From contig OZ245049.1 in the NCBI GenBank assembly GCA_965224465.1, positions 1,620,001 through 1,652,000 on the forward strand: 32,000 nucleotides of DNA, read 5' to 3'. The translations under genes and the position numbers were made by a program. Of this stretch, positions 1 through 8,008 are shown in pieces. The notes below the pieces were generated by a model. That model did not search any database, was not told the origin of the DNA, and saw only the letters and a list, made by a program, of their open reading frames with translations. Numbering within the stretch: the first letter of the stretch is position 1; every line of letters begins with the position of its first letter. Origin of the DNA: Flavobacteriaceae bacterium (lineage in GTDB: Bacteria; Bacteroidota; Bacteroidia; Flavobacteriales; Flavobacteriaceae).

Positions 1-1
1 A

Positions 2-379
2 AGAAATAAAATAGATCCAAGTTTTAACATGTCCTCTATGACGGACATTGTATTTTTATTGTTGATTTTCTTTATGATTACATCTACCTTGGTCACTACC
101 AATGCATTGGATATTTTATTACCAAAAGCAAGTGGAAAAACAGAAAACAAGAAATCTGTAGCTGTTACTATTACAAAAAAACTGGTCTACTATATTGACC
201 AGAAAAAAACATCAGAAAAAAACTTAGAAAAACAACTGTTAACAACATTGAGCACATACGACAATCCAACGATAATTTTACGTGCAGAAGAAGGAGTTCC
301 CATAGAAAAAGCGGTTCGTATTATGGACATTGCTAACAGAAACAGGTATAAAGTAATTTTAGCCGTAAGACCAAAATAA
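2..379 (+). CDS. exbD: ExbD/TolR biopolymer transport protein, 5' end cut by the window edge
   Basis: The frame is open from base 2 (RNKIDPSFN precedes the listed Met). The MTDIVFLLLIFFM transmembrane motif and the C-terminal periplasmic domain are typical of ExbD. A tonB-like gene follows 2 nt later. Confidence 0.85.
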   Translation, partial: RNKIDPSFNMSSMTDIVFLLLIFFMITSTLVTTNALDILLPKASGKTENKKSVAVTITKKLVYYIDQKKTSEKNLEKQLLTTLSTYDNPTIILRAEEGVPIEKAVRIMDIANRNRYKVILAVRPK

Positions 380-381
380 CT

Positions 382-1266
382 ATGTCTATTATTGATACAT
401 CACATAAAAGAAAATCAGTCATACTCACCAGTATTATTATGAGCGTGTTGTTTGTTTGTATTTTCTTATTTGGATTGAAATACTTAGATCCACCTACTGA
501 ATATGGAATCGCCATAAATTTCGGAACATCCGATGTAGGCATGGGTACTATTCAACCTACAGAAGCCTTAAAAGCAAGCGTTCCCGAAACCACAGAAGCA
601 CAAGAAGAAACCATCCCACAAGAAGAAACAACTGTTGAAGAAACAGCAGCAGAGAAAGTAGAAAAAGCAGCAGAAAACACAGAAGATGTCGCTACTCAAA
701 ACCTCGAAGAGGCCATTGCTATTAAAAAACAGGAAGCTGCAAAAATAGCCCAACAAAAAGCCTTTGCAGAAAAACAACGCAAGGCAAAAGAAAAAGCTGA
801 TGCTCTCAAAAAAAAGCAGCAAGAAGAAGCTAAAAAACGAAAAGATTTAGATGCCTTAATGGGCGGGTTTAATAATGGATCTGGAAATGCTTCTGGCGGT
901 GAAGGCGATGACAACAGCCCTGGAGATAAAGGAAAAATTACAGGAGATATCAACGCAGAAGGATACACTGGTAATGGAGGTGGAAATGGTACTGGAAATT
1001 ACAATTTAGGAAACAGAAAACCATTAAACAGACCCAAACCACAGTATTTATGTGAAGAAGAAGGCTTAGTAATAGTCCGAATTGAAGTCAATAATACAGG
1101 AAAGGTAATTAGAGCTACCGCAGGAATTAAAGGCTCTACAAACACCGCTGACTGCCTTTTGTCTCAAGCAAAAAAAGCAGCACTTCAAACCAAATGGCAA
1201 GCTGATTCAAAGGCGCCTCAAAAACAAATAGGAACTATCAAATATAGATTTTCCCTATCCCAATAA
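382..1266 (+). CDS. TonB-like energy transducer: N-terminal membrane anchor, E/K/A-rich and G/N-rich linker, C-terminal TonB-type domain
   Basis: ATG lies 2 nt after the exbD stop. Hydrophobic anchor VILTSIIMSVLFVCIFLFGL, low-complexity charged linker, and a C-terminal GLVIVRIEVNNTGKV..IKYRF segment that resembles a TonB C-terminal domain. Confidence 0.7.
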   Translation: MSIIDTSHKRKSVILTSIIMSVLFVCIFLFGLKYLDPPTEYGIAINFGTSDVGMGTIQPTEALKASVPETTEAQEETIPQEETTVEETAAEKVEKAAENTEDVATQNLEEAIAIKKQEAAKIAQQKAFAEKQRKAKEKADALKKKQQEEAKKRKDLDALMGGFNNGSGNASGGEGDDNSPGDKGKITGDINAEGYTGNGGGNGTGNYNLGNRKPLNRPKPQYLCEEEGLVIVRIEVNNTGKVIRATAGIKGSTNTADCLLSQAKKAALQTKWQADSKAPQKQIGTIKYRFSLSQ

Positions 1267-1267
1267 A

Positions 1268-2485
1268 ATGACATACACGCAAACCATACACTGGATGTTT
1301 GAACAGCTTCCCATGTACCAACGTCAAGGAAAAACTGCTTTTAAAAAAGATTTAACAAACATTCTTGCATTTTCTGATCATTTAAAAAAACCAGAAACTA
1401 AATTCAAAAGTATCCACGTAGCAGGCACCAATGGAAAAGGTTCTACGAGTCACATGATTGCCTCTATACTGCAAGAAGCAGGTTATAAAGTAGGACTCTA
1501 CACCTCCCCTCATTTAAAAGATTTTAGAGAACGCATTAAAATTAACGGTCAAGAGATAACCGAAGATTATGTGGTCAAATTCATTTTAAAAAACAAATCG
1601 TTTTTAGAACAACAAAAACTATCATTTTTTGAAATGACTGTTGGTTTGGCTTTTGACTATTTCGCCAATAAACAGGTAGATTTTGCAATCATAGAAGTTG
1701 GATTAGGAGGGAGATTAGACTCCACGAATATCATTCAACCAGAAATGGCAATTATTACGAATATAGGTCTAGACCATACGCAGTTTTTAGGAACTACACT
1801 CCCCGAAATTGCTGCAGAAAAAGGAGGCATTATAAAATCCAATATCCCTACCATTATAGGTGAATTTCAAGAAGAAACCTTTTCTGTATTTGAACAACTC
1901 GCTTTTGACTTAGAAAGCCCCTTGTATTTAGCAGAAGTTTTAATAGAAGACAACTATGCGTGTGATTTAAAAGGAACCTATCAACAACACAACATAAAAA
2001 CTGCCGTAGCTGCCATAAGCGTCTTGAACGACACCTTAAAAACCATTACAACAGCTCAGATTACAACAGGACTTCTAAACGTAGTTAAAAATACACAATT
2101 ATTAGGGCGATGGCAAGAAGTACAAAGCAATCCTAAAGTTATTTGTGATACAGGACATAATAAGGAAGGGCTTCTTTATGTCTTAAAACAATTAGAAAAC
2201 GAAACATACCAAACACTGCATTTTGTATTTGGCGTAGTAAACGATAAAGAATTAAATACCATTTTAGACCTATTTCCAGAAAATGCCACCTATTATTTTT
2301 GCAAACCAGCAATTCCTCGTGGACTAGATGCGGTTTCTTTACAAAAACAATGTAAGGAATATAATCTCGAAGGAAACACGTATAATTCAGTAAATGAAGC
2401 ATATAAAACAGCCTTAAAATCTGCAAGCGACCAAGACTTGGTTTTTGTAGGAGGAAGTACCTTTGTAGTAGCAGAAATAATCTAA
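1268..2485 (+). CDS. folC: Bifunctional folylpolyglutamate synthase / dihydrofolate synthase
   Basis: P-loop HVAGTNGKGST, Mur-ligase-like GLGGRLDSTN and DHTQFLG motifs, 405 aa. ATG lies 1 nt after the upstream stop. Confidence 0.9.
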   Translation: MTYTQTIHWMFEQLPMYQRQGKTAFKKDLTNILAFSDHLKKPETKFKSIHVAGTNGKGSTSHMIASILQEAGYKVGLYTSPHLKDFRERIKINGQEITEDYVVKFILKNKSFLEQQKLSFFEMTVGLAFDYFANKQVDFAIIEVGLGGRLDSTNIIQPEMAIITNIGLDHTQFLGTTLPEIAAEKGGIIKSNIPTIIGEFQEETFSVFEQLAFDLESPLYLAEVLIEDNYACDLKGTYQQHNIKTAVAAISVLNDTLKTITTAQITTGLLNVVKNTQLLGRWQEVQSNPKVICDTGHNKEGLLYVLKQLENETYQTLHFVFGVVNDKELNTILDLFPENATYYFCKPAIPRGLDAVSLQKQCKEYNLEGNTYNSVNEAYKTALKSASDQDLVFVGGSTFVVAEII

Positions 2486-2503
2486 ATTTTCTCTAAAAAA
2501 TGG

Positions 2504-2533
2504 TTGTGTAATCTAAAAAACGTCTTATATTTG
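2504..2533 (+). promoter_or_regulatory. Candidate Bacteroidota-type promoter for the tRNA-Val cluster
   Basis: TTG at 2504-2506 and TAtaTTTG (fits TAnnTTTG) at 2526-2533, spaced 19 bp apart, ending 10 nt before the first tRNA. Confidence 0.4.
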
Positions 2534-2543
2534 CAACCGCTTA

Positions 2544-2618
2544 GGGCAATTAGCTCAGTTGGTTCAGAGCACCTCGTTTACACCGAGGGGGTCAGGGGTT
2601 CGAATCCCTTATTGCCCA
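2544..2618 (+). tRNA. tRNA-Val (anticodon UAC), copy 1
   Basis: Manual cloverleaf: acceptor GGGCAAT/ATTGCCC, D-arm GCTC..GAGC, anticodon stem CCTCG/CGAGG with loop TTTACAC, T-arm AGGGG-TTCGAAT-CCCTT. 75 nt, no encoded CCA. Confidence 0.95.
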
Positions 2619-2691
2619 CTAAGTTTCACCTTTTATTAGGTAGTGTAAAATTTGACATACGAATTTATAGTTTTACCGAAAACTTACATTC

Positions 2692-2766
2692 GGGCAATTA
2701 GCTCAGTTGGTTCAGAGCACCTCGTTTACACCGAGGGGGTCAGGGGTTCGAATCCCTTATTGCCCA
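2692..2766 (+). tRNA. tRNA-Val (anticodon UAC), copy 2
   Basis: Same 75-nt sequence as copy 1, after a 73-nt spacer. Confidence 0.95.
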
Positions 2767-2803
2767 CAAAGAGACATCCGATAGTCTCTCTAAAAACAAA
2801 TTC

Positions 2804-2878
2804 GGGCAATTAGCTCAGTTGGTTCAGAGCACCTCGTTTACACCGAGGGGGTCAGGGGTTCGAATCCCTTATTGCCCA
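2804..2878 (+). tRNA. tRNA-Val (anticodon UAC), copy 3
   Basis: Same 75-nt sequence as copies 1 and 2, after a 37-nt spacer. Confidence 0.95.
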
Positions 2879-2883
2879 CAAAA

Positions 2884-2912
2884 ATCCTATCATTTATGAT
2901 GGGATTTTTTTT
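2884..2912 (+). terminator. Rho-independent terminator of the tRNA cluster
   Basis: Hairpin ATCCTATCA..TGATGGGAT (one G-U pair) followed by eight T. Confidence 0.7.
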
Positions 2913-3023
2913 GTGCTTTCCTCAGAAAAAAATCAACATTACATTTTTTGATAAATAATTGTAAAACAAAAAAAGGCACTCCTCTTCTTTCAAATCCTTA
3001 CAGCAAATGCATTTCTAAAGGAT

Positions 3024-3150
3024 ACCAATTACAATCCAAAATAACCGATATAAATAGTTTATTAACGCCCTAGCGTTGTTAAAAAACAGAACGATAGCTA
3101 ATAGGGTATCCATCCATTTCTCGCCTAGCTGGCTAAAACAAAAATTAATT
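3024..3150. repeat. Diverged copy (head plus middle) of the 161-bp repeat family, interrupted by an IS
   Basis: ACCAATTACAATCCAAAATAACCGATATAAATAGTTTATT...CTAGCGTTGTT..AGAACGATAGC..TATCC.TCCATTT.TCGCCTAGCT aligns with the units at 12831-13436. The tail resumes at 4886. Confidence 0.6.
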
Positions 3151-4885
3151 AGGGTTTGCTGATTTTCAACTAAACACAACTTACATATTTGATTATCAGA
3201 ATATTAACTTGTATTTTGTGCTTTATTTTTTTTGATAAGTGCGTATGTTTTCGTATCTTTAGGTAATAAACTTGTGCACTTATGGTAAAATATACGCCTT
3301 CAAATCAGTTAACTTTATTAGGATTCTCTCATCCATTTGATCAGGAATTATCAAAAGAAAATCGTTGGGTAAAATTAGCTAAAGTGATCCCTTGGGATGC
3401 TTTAGCATCTGTATATTCAAAAGAGCTTAATTCTAGCTCTGGTAGAGAGAGTATAGATGTTCGTATGGTTATTGGTGCACTAATTGTAAAACATAAATTA
3501 AATTTAGATGACAGGGGAACTGTTGCTATGATTAGTGAAAACATCTATCTTCAATATTTTTGTGGTTTGAGAAATTTCCAAACAAAACCACCCTTCCATC
3601 CTACAGTTTTTGTTGATATTCGTAAGCGAATGGGTGCAAGTAATTTTGAAGCATGGAATGCACTTGTTATAGAAAGAGCAGATGAATTAAAACCTGATAA
3701 AAAGAAGAACATTAGTAAAAATAAGAATGATACTTCTCAAAACAAAGGCACACTAAAAATTGATGCCACCGTAGCGAATCAGAAAATAGCATTTCCTACT
3801 GATGCAGGATTGTTAAATGGAGCAAGAAAAGAGAGTGAGCGGATTATTGATTTATTATACAAAGAAGCTGGTTTGGATAAAAAGCCACGTGATTACCGTA
3901 GAATAGCTAGGACAGAATACTTAAACTTTTCAAAAAACAGAAGAAAGTCGCAAAAAGTAATTCGTAAATTTATTCGAAAACAGTTAGGTTATTTAAAACG
4001 TAATATCAGTTATATCGAATCACTTTTAGATCAGATCGAAGCTCAAAGAAAACAAAGACAATCAGTAGGAGTATTTCCCGATTTAAAAGATGCTTATCCA
4101 TTTAGGTTTCCAATTTCTAAACGAGATCAGAAAATATACTGGGTTGTACAACTTCTTTATGAGCAACAGCAATTCATGTATGATCAAAAAGTACATAGCG
4201 TAAAAGACAGAGTTGTTAATATCTATCAGCCTTACGTACGTCCCATAGCAAGAGGAAAAGACAATGCAAGAACAGAGTTTGGCGCAAAAATAAGCGGAAG
4301 CGAAGTAGACGGAATGAGTCGTGTAGAACACATCAGTTGGGATAATTTTAATGAATCCATAGACTTAGAACTCCAGATAGAAACCTACAAAACTACCTTT
4401 GGTAATTATCCAGAATTGTTATTGGCAGATCGTATTTATCTGAATAGAAAGAACAGGAAGTGGCTTAAAGAAAGAGAGATTCGTATTGTAGGAAAACCTT
4501 TAGGGCGTCCACCAAAACAAGAGCTCAATGCGTATCAGAGACGAAAACTAAAGAAAGAGCGAAACCAAAGAAATCTAATCGAAGGAAAATTTGGGCAAGC
4601 TAAAAATGGATACGGACTAAGCAATATAAAAGCCAAAACAAACGACACCTCACAAAGCTGGATTGGTGCAATTTTCTTTGTAATGAATCTAGTAACTTTA
4701 TTAAAAATAGCAGATCTATATGCTATTTTTTATGCCTTTTTTAAAAAAGGAATAAAAATAGTATTTGTTCAAAAAATGAATCAAATAAGTTCTTCTGTTT
4801 TTTTAATAGAAGTGGTTATTATCATGAAAATAGATATATATCTAATCTGAAGTTTAGTTAATCGCTTATAAAATCAGCAAGCCCT
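3151..4885 (+). mobile_element. IS5/IS1182-superfamily insertion sequence (1735 bp)
   Basis: Terminal inverted repeats AGGGTTTGCTGATTTT (3151) and AAAATCAGCAAGCCCT (4870-4885), 15/16 matches. Flanking direct repeat AATT (or TAATTA if the ends are taken as GGG/CCC). One transposase ORF inside. Confidence 0.85.
3282..4850 (+). CDS. DDE transposase, IS5/IS1182 type (InsH-like N-terminal domain)
   Basis: The N-terminal NRWVKLAKVIPWD...MVIGALIVKH...LQYFCG segment is typical of the DUF772/InsH N-domain. The C-terminal NLIEGKFGQAKNGYGL..SQSWIGAIFFVMNL segment is typical of IS5-type DDE transposases. 522 aa. Confidence 0.9.
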   Translation: MVKYTPSNQLTLLGFSHPFDQELSKENRWVKLAKVIPWDALASVYSKELNSSSGRESIDVRMVIGALIVKHKLNLDDRGTVAMISENIYLQYFCGLRNFQTKPPFHPTVFVDIRKRMGASNFEAWNALVIERADELKPDKKKNISKNKNDTSQNKGTLKIDATVANQKIAFPTDAGLLNGARKESERIIDLLYKEAGLDKKPRDYRRIARTEYLNFSKNRRKSQKVIRKFIRKQLGYLKRNISYIESLLDQIEAQRKQRQSVGVFPDLKDAYPFRFPISKRDQKIYWVVQLLYEQQQFMYDQKVHSVKDRVVNIYQPYVRPIARGKDNARTEFGAKISGSEVDGMSRVEHISWDNFNESIDLELQIETYKTTFGNYPELLLADRIYLNRKNRKWLKEREIRIVGKPLGRPPKQELNAYQRRKLKKERNQRNLIEGKFGQAKNGYGLSNIKAKTNDTSQSWIGAIFFVMNLVTLLKIADLYAIFYAFFKKGIKIVFVQKMNQISSSVFLIEVVIIMKIDIYLI

Positions 4886-4925
4886 AATTACATTTCTAAA
4901 AACTGTCACTTGGAAATGTAGTTGA
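4886..4925. repeat. Tail segment of the repeat-family copy split by the IS at 3151-4885
   Basis: AATTACATTTCTAAAAACTGTCACTTGGAAATGTAGTTGA matches the tail consensus AATAATTCTAATTCTAAACCGTCACTTGAAAATGTAGTTGG. Confidence 0.6.
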
Positions 4926-5328
4926 TATCCCTCGCTTCTTTAATTTGTTTTTTCGACGTTTATAGAGGTGTACAGAGAAGTAATTGGAGTTTTACTGTAG
5001 AGTTTATCTATGGCAATCGTTGTATAAAACACAGGGTAGCTTCTCCCCTTTTGCGTTTGGTTTTTGTGAGGCTTGTTTATTTACTTAAAGCATGGAAGCA
5101 TTTCTTTCTAGTATTTAAAGTTTTAGAAAACAGTACAAACTGATCCACACGAAAGCCTACGGATGCAAACATCCTAAAAGCAAGCAGTTATCTATTAAGG
5201 TCTTTATCGATGACCTCTTCATAAACTTCGCGCAATCCCCATAGCATCATCTTTTGAATCGATATCATCAACATGATGTTTATGCTGGGCGCTACGCACT
5301 GCACGAACACTTAGTTATTAGGTGTAGT

Positions 5329-5649
5329 TTATATTCCTGATATATCTATAACTTTTATTCCAAAACGTTGATAAGCTCTCATTTCTCTTACAGTTTGAAC
5401 TAAAGAATACTTAGCAATATTTGAATTACTTAATTCAATTTTATCAATTGGTGTATTTCCTGCATATGAGTAATTATTATAAGCCATAACAAACTCAATT
5501 TTCAATTCATTACTTATTATTTTTTTTAGTAAATCTTTAGCATCAATATTTGCTTTATTAATTGAGTTGTATTTTTCAATAGTCTTTGTGAAGTAACTAC
5601 TACCAGTATTATTAAATAAATCATTGTTCAATCTTTTTGCTGATAAGAT
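5329..5649 (-). pseudogene. C-terminal 106 codons of the TIGR04141/DUF6119-like gene split by IS30 copy 1
   Basis: The frame is open up to the IS boundary (ILSAKRLNNDLF...). It joins in frame to the fragment ending at 8015 once one copy of the TT duplication is removed. Confidence 0.7.
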
Positions 5650-5751
5650 TACTTAAATTCAACTAATAAACGCAACTTTTCGATTTGATTCTATGATGGT
5701 TATATTTTCAAAACAGAAAAGTAGGAAAACCTACCTTTCTTGTCTTGATGG

Positions 5752-6978
5752 CAGGGCAAACTCATACTATTTTTAAGTTAATTTCATTGAATTTAAGTTG
5801 CTTACCTCGTTAATTATCAGTATATTATGTTGATAATTAGATAGGTAACGATATGAATTCAGACAGTAAAATAATGAGTATTTTTGGCAATATAGAAGAC
5901 CCTAGAAGCGATATAAACAAGTTACACAACTTGGTTGACATCCTCCTTATTGGGATAATTTCAGTCATTTGTGGAGCAGAAACATGGAAACAAATGGTTG
6001 AGTTTGCTTGTTCAAAAGAAGGTTTTTTAAGGAAATTTCTACAATTACCAAATGGAATACCATCAGAAGACACTATTAACAGGGTATTCTCGTCGATAGA
6101 CAGTTCTCAGCTTGAAACATGTTTCATAGAATGGGTCAATTCTATTTCAACTATATCAAAAGGGCAGGTAATAGCTATTGATGGAAAAGCGCTTAGAGGA
6201 GCAAAATCAAATGGAAAAAAATCACCTGTACATATGGTGAGCGCATGGGCTGATCAAAACAATTTAGTTTTGGGTCAAATTAGAGTCAATGAAAAATCTA
6301 ATGAGATAACTGCGATCCCGGAATTACTTGATACTTTGTGTATAGAAGGCAATATAATTACAATAGACGCAATGGGAACTCAAACTGATATTGCGGATAA
6401 GATTATAAAAAATGATGCCAATTACATACTTGCCGTAAAGGGAAATCAAAAACAACTACTAGAGGAAATAAAGGACGAATTCAAATTCTCAAAAAACATA
6501 GAAATAGATACAGACTTTGACCTTGGTCATGGAAGAATTGAAACTAGAAAATGTAGCGTAATTTCTGATTTTCAATTTATTAAGAACGCAGATAATAAAT
6601 GGAATAAGTTGACTCAAGTTATAAAAATAGAAAGTATAAGGGAGTTCAAAAACAGTGATAAACAAACAGAAAAGGCAACTAGATATTACATTTCTAGCTT
6701 AAAAGATACCGCTGTAAATCATCAAAGTCATATTCGTTCTCATTGGGGTGTAGAGAATAAATTACATTGGACATTGGATGTTGCATTCTCAGAGGATGCC
6801 TCTAGAAAAAGAAATAAAAATGCAGCTCAAAACTATTCAATACTATTGAAAATTGCCCTGAATCTATTGAGAAACGAAAAAACGGAGAAACAAGGTATTG
6901 CTGGAAAAAGACTTAAAGCAGGCTGGAATCAAGCATATCTGTTAAAAGTATTAAGCATTAAAGTGTGAGTTTGCCCTG
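5752..6978 (+). mobile_element. ISAs1-family insertion sequence (1227 bp) nested in the left end of IS30 copy 1
   Basis: Inverted repeats CAGGGCAAACTCA (5752) and TGAGTTTGCCCTG (ending 6978). A perfect 10-bp target duplication GTCTTGATGG sits at 5742-5751 and 6979-6988. The uninterrupted target is visible in IS30 copy 2. Confidence 0.9.
5853..6968 (+). CDS. ISAs1-family (H-repeat-associated type) DDE transposase
   Basis: N-terminal FGNIEDPRS...HNLVDILLIGIISVICGAETWKQMVEF and C-terminal IRSHWGVENKLHWTLDVAFSEDASR are hallmark ISAs1 transposase segments. 371 aa. Confidence 0.9.
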   Translation: MNSDSKIMSIFGNIEDPRSDINKLHNLVDILLIGIISVICGAETWKQMVEFACSKEGFLRKFLQLPNGIPSEDTINRVFSSIDSSQLETCFIEWVNSISTISKGQVIAIDGKALRGAKSNGKKSPVHMVSAWADQNNLVLGQIRVNEKSNEITAIPELLDTLCIEGNIITIDAMGTQTDIADKIIKNDANYILAVKGNQKQLLEEIKDEFKFSKNIEIDTDFDLGHGRIETRKCSVISDFQFIKNADNKWNKLTQVIKIESIREFKNSDKQTEKATRYYISSLKDTAVNHQSHIRSHWGVENKLHWTLDVAFSEDASRKRNKNAAQNYSILLKIALNLLRNEKTEKQGIAGKRLKAGWNQAYLLKVLSIKV

Positions 6979-7029
6979 GTCTTGATGGATATGTATCTTA
7001 CGGTCTCAAATCTCGAAAAAAGAAGTTGT

Positions 7030-7986
7030 ATGAAACACATCACCCAAGCGCAAAGATACACAATTTGTTGCATGTTAAAACAAGGTTATAAACAGGTTGA
7101 GATAGCAGCTGCTATAGGAAAAGACAAGTCTGTTATTAGCAAAGAGATTAAGCGTAATTCAGACAAAAGAAATGGAGTTTACAAGCATGAATTAGCCCAA
7201 AAAAAGTATGCTAAACGTCATAAAGAAAAGCCTAAAAGAAAACGCTTTACAGAAGATATTCAACAAGCAATAGAGTTGTTATTGCGAGACGATTATAGTC
7301 CTGAGCAAGTAGTTGGTGTCCTAAAAAAACAAGGTAAAGAAACGGTGTCTATTGAGCGTATATATCAGCATATTAGGGAAGACAAGAGGAATGATGGTGA
7401 TTTACATACACACCTTCGCAGACAGGGAAGGAGATATAGAAAACGTGGCTCATCAAAGGATTCTAGAGGGGTTATAAAGAATCGTATTAGTATAGAACAA
7501 CGCCCTGAAGTTGTTGAACAAAGAAATCGATTTGGAGATTTAGAGGTCGATTTAATCATAGGTAAAAACCATAATCAAGCCATACTTACCGTAAATGATA
7601 GAGCTTCTGGAATGCTTAAAATGAAAAAAGTAAGCTCTAAAGAAGCAGTTGTTGTCACTAAAGCTATCAATGAAATATTAGAAGACTGGAAGCCTTATCT
7701 ACATACTATAACAGCTGATAATGGAAAAGAATTTGCAGGCCATGAGCAGGTTGCAGAAAATTTATGTATTGATTACTTTTTTGCGCATCCATATCACTCT
7801 TGGGAAAGAGGATCTAACGAAAATTTAAATGGTTTGATTAGACAATATTTTGCCAAAGGAAGTGACTTTACAAACCTAACAGATCAAAGAATCAAAGAGG
7901 TAGAAACAAAATTAAATAACAGACCTAGGAAGAGACATAAATATCAAAACCCTATATTTGTAATGGAACAATTATTATTTAACTAA
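7030..7986 (+). CDS. IS30-family DDE transposase (copy 1)
   Basis: HTH-like N-terminus MKHITQAQRYTICCMLKQGYKQVEIAAAIGKDKSVISKEIKRN and DDE core DLIIGK...ITADNGKEF...YHSWERGSNENLNGLIRQYFPK-like. The ORF track begins at an upstream TTG (6982), but ATG 7030 matches the usual IS30 start. Confidence 0.9.
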   Translation: MKHITQAQRYTICCMLKQGYKQVEIAAAIGKDKSVISKEIKRNSDKRNGVYKHELAQKKYAKRHKEKPKRKRFTEDIQQAIELLLRDDYSPEQVVGVLKKQGKETVSIERIYQHIREDKRNDGDLHTHLRRQGRRYRKRGSSKDSRGVIKNRISIEQRPEVVEQRNRFGDLEVDLIIGKNHNQAILTVNDRASGMLKMKKVSSKEAVVVTKAINEILEDWKPYLHTITADNGKEFAGHEQVAENLCIDYFFAHPYHSWERGSNENLNGLIRQYFAKGSDFTNLTDQRIKEVETKLNNRPRKRHKYQNPIFVMEQLLFN

Positions 7987-8008
7987 AAGTTGCGTTTGTG
8001 ACTTGAAT

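Noticed and set aside
600-1010. Repetitive E/K/A-rich and G/N-rich stretch in the tonB-like gene, as a possible DNA-level tandem repeat
   Set aside because: I found no exact nucleotide period. It is the usual low-complexity linker of TonB-type proteins.
2504-2701. 65-aa ORF from the six-frame track
   Set aside because: It is read straight through two tRNA-Val genes and their spacer, so it is an artefact of the tRNA sequence.
4922-5143. 73-aa plus-strand ORF after the IS5-like element
   Set aside because: The composition is not protein-like (Cys/Phe/Val-rich), it starts inside the repeat-family tail, and I see no ribosome-binding context or homology. The 4926-5328 interval may hold decayed gene remnants, but I could not assign any.
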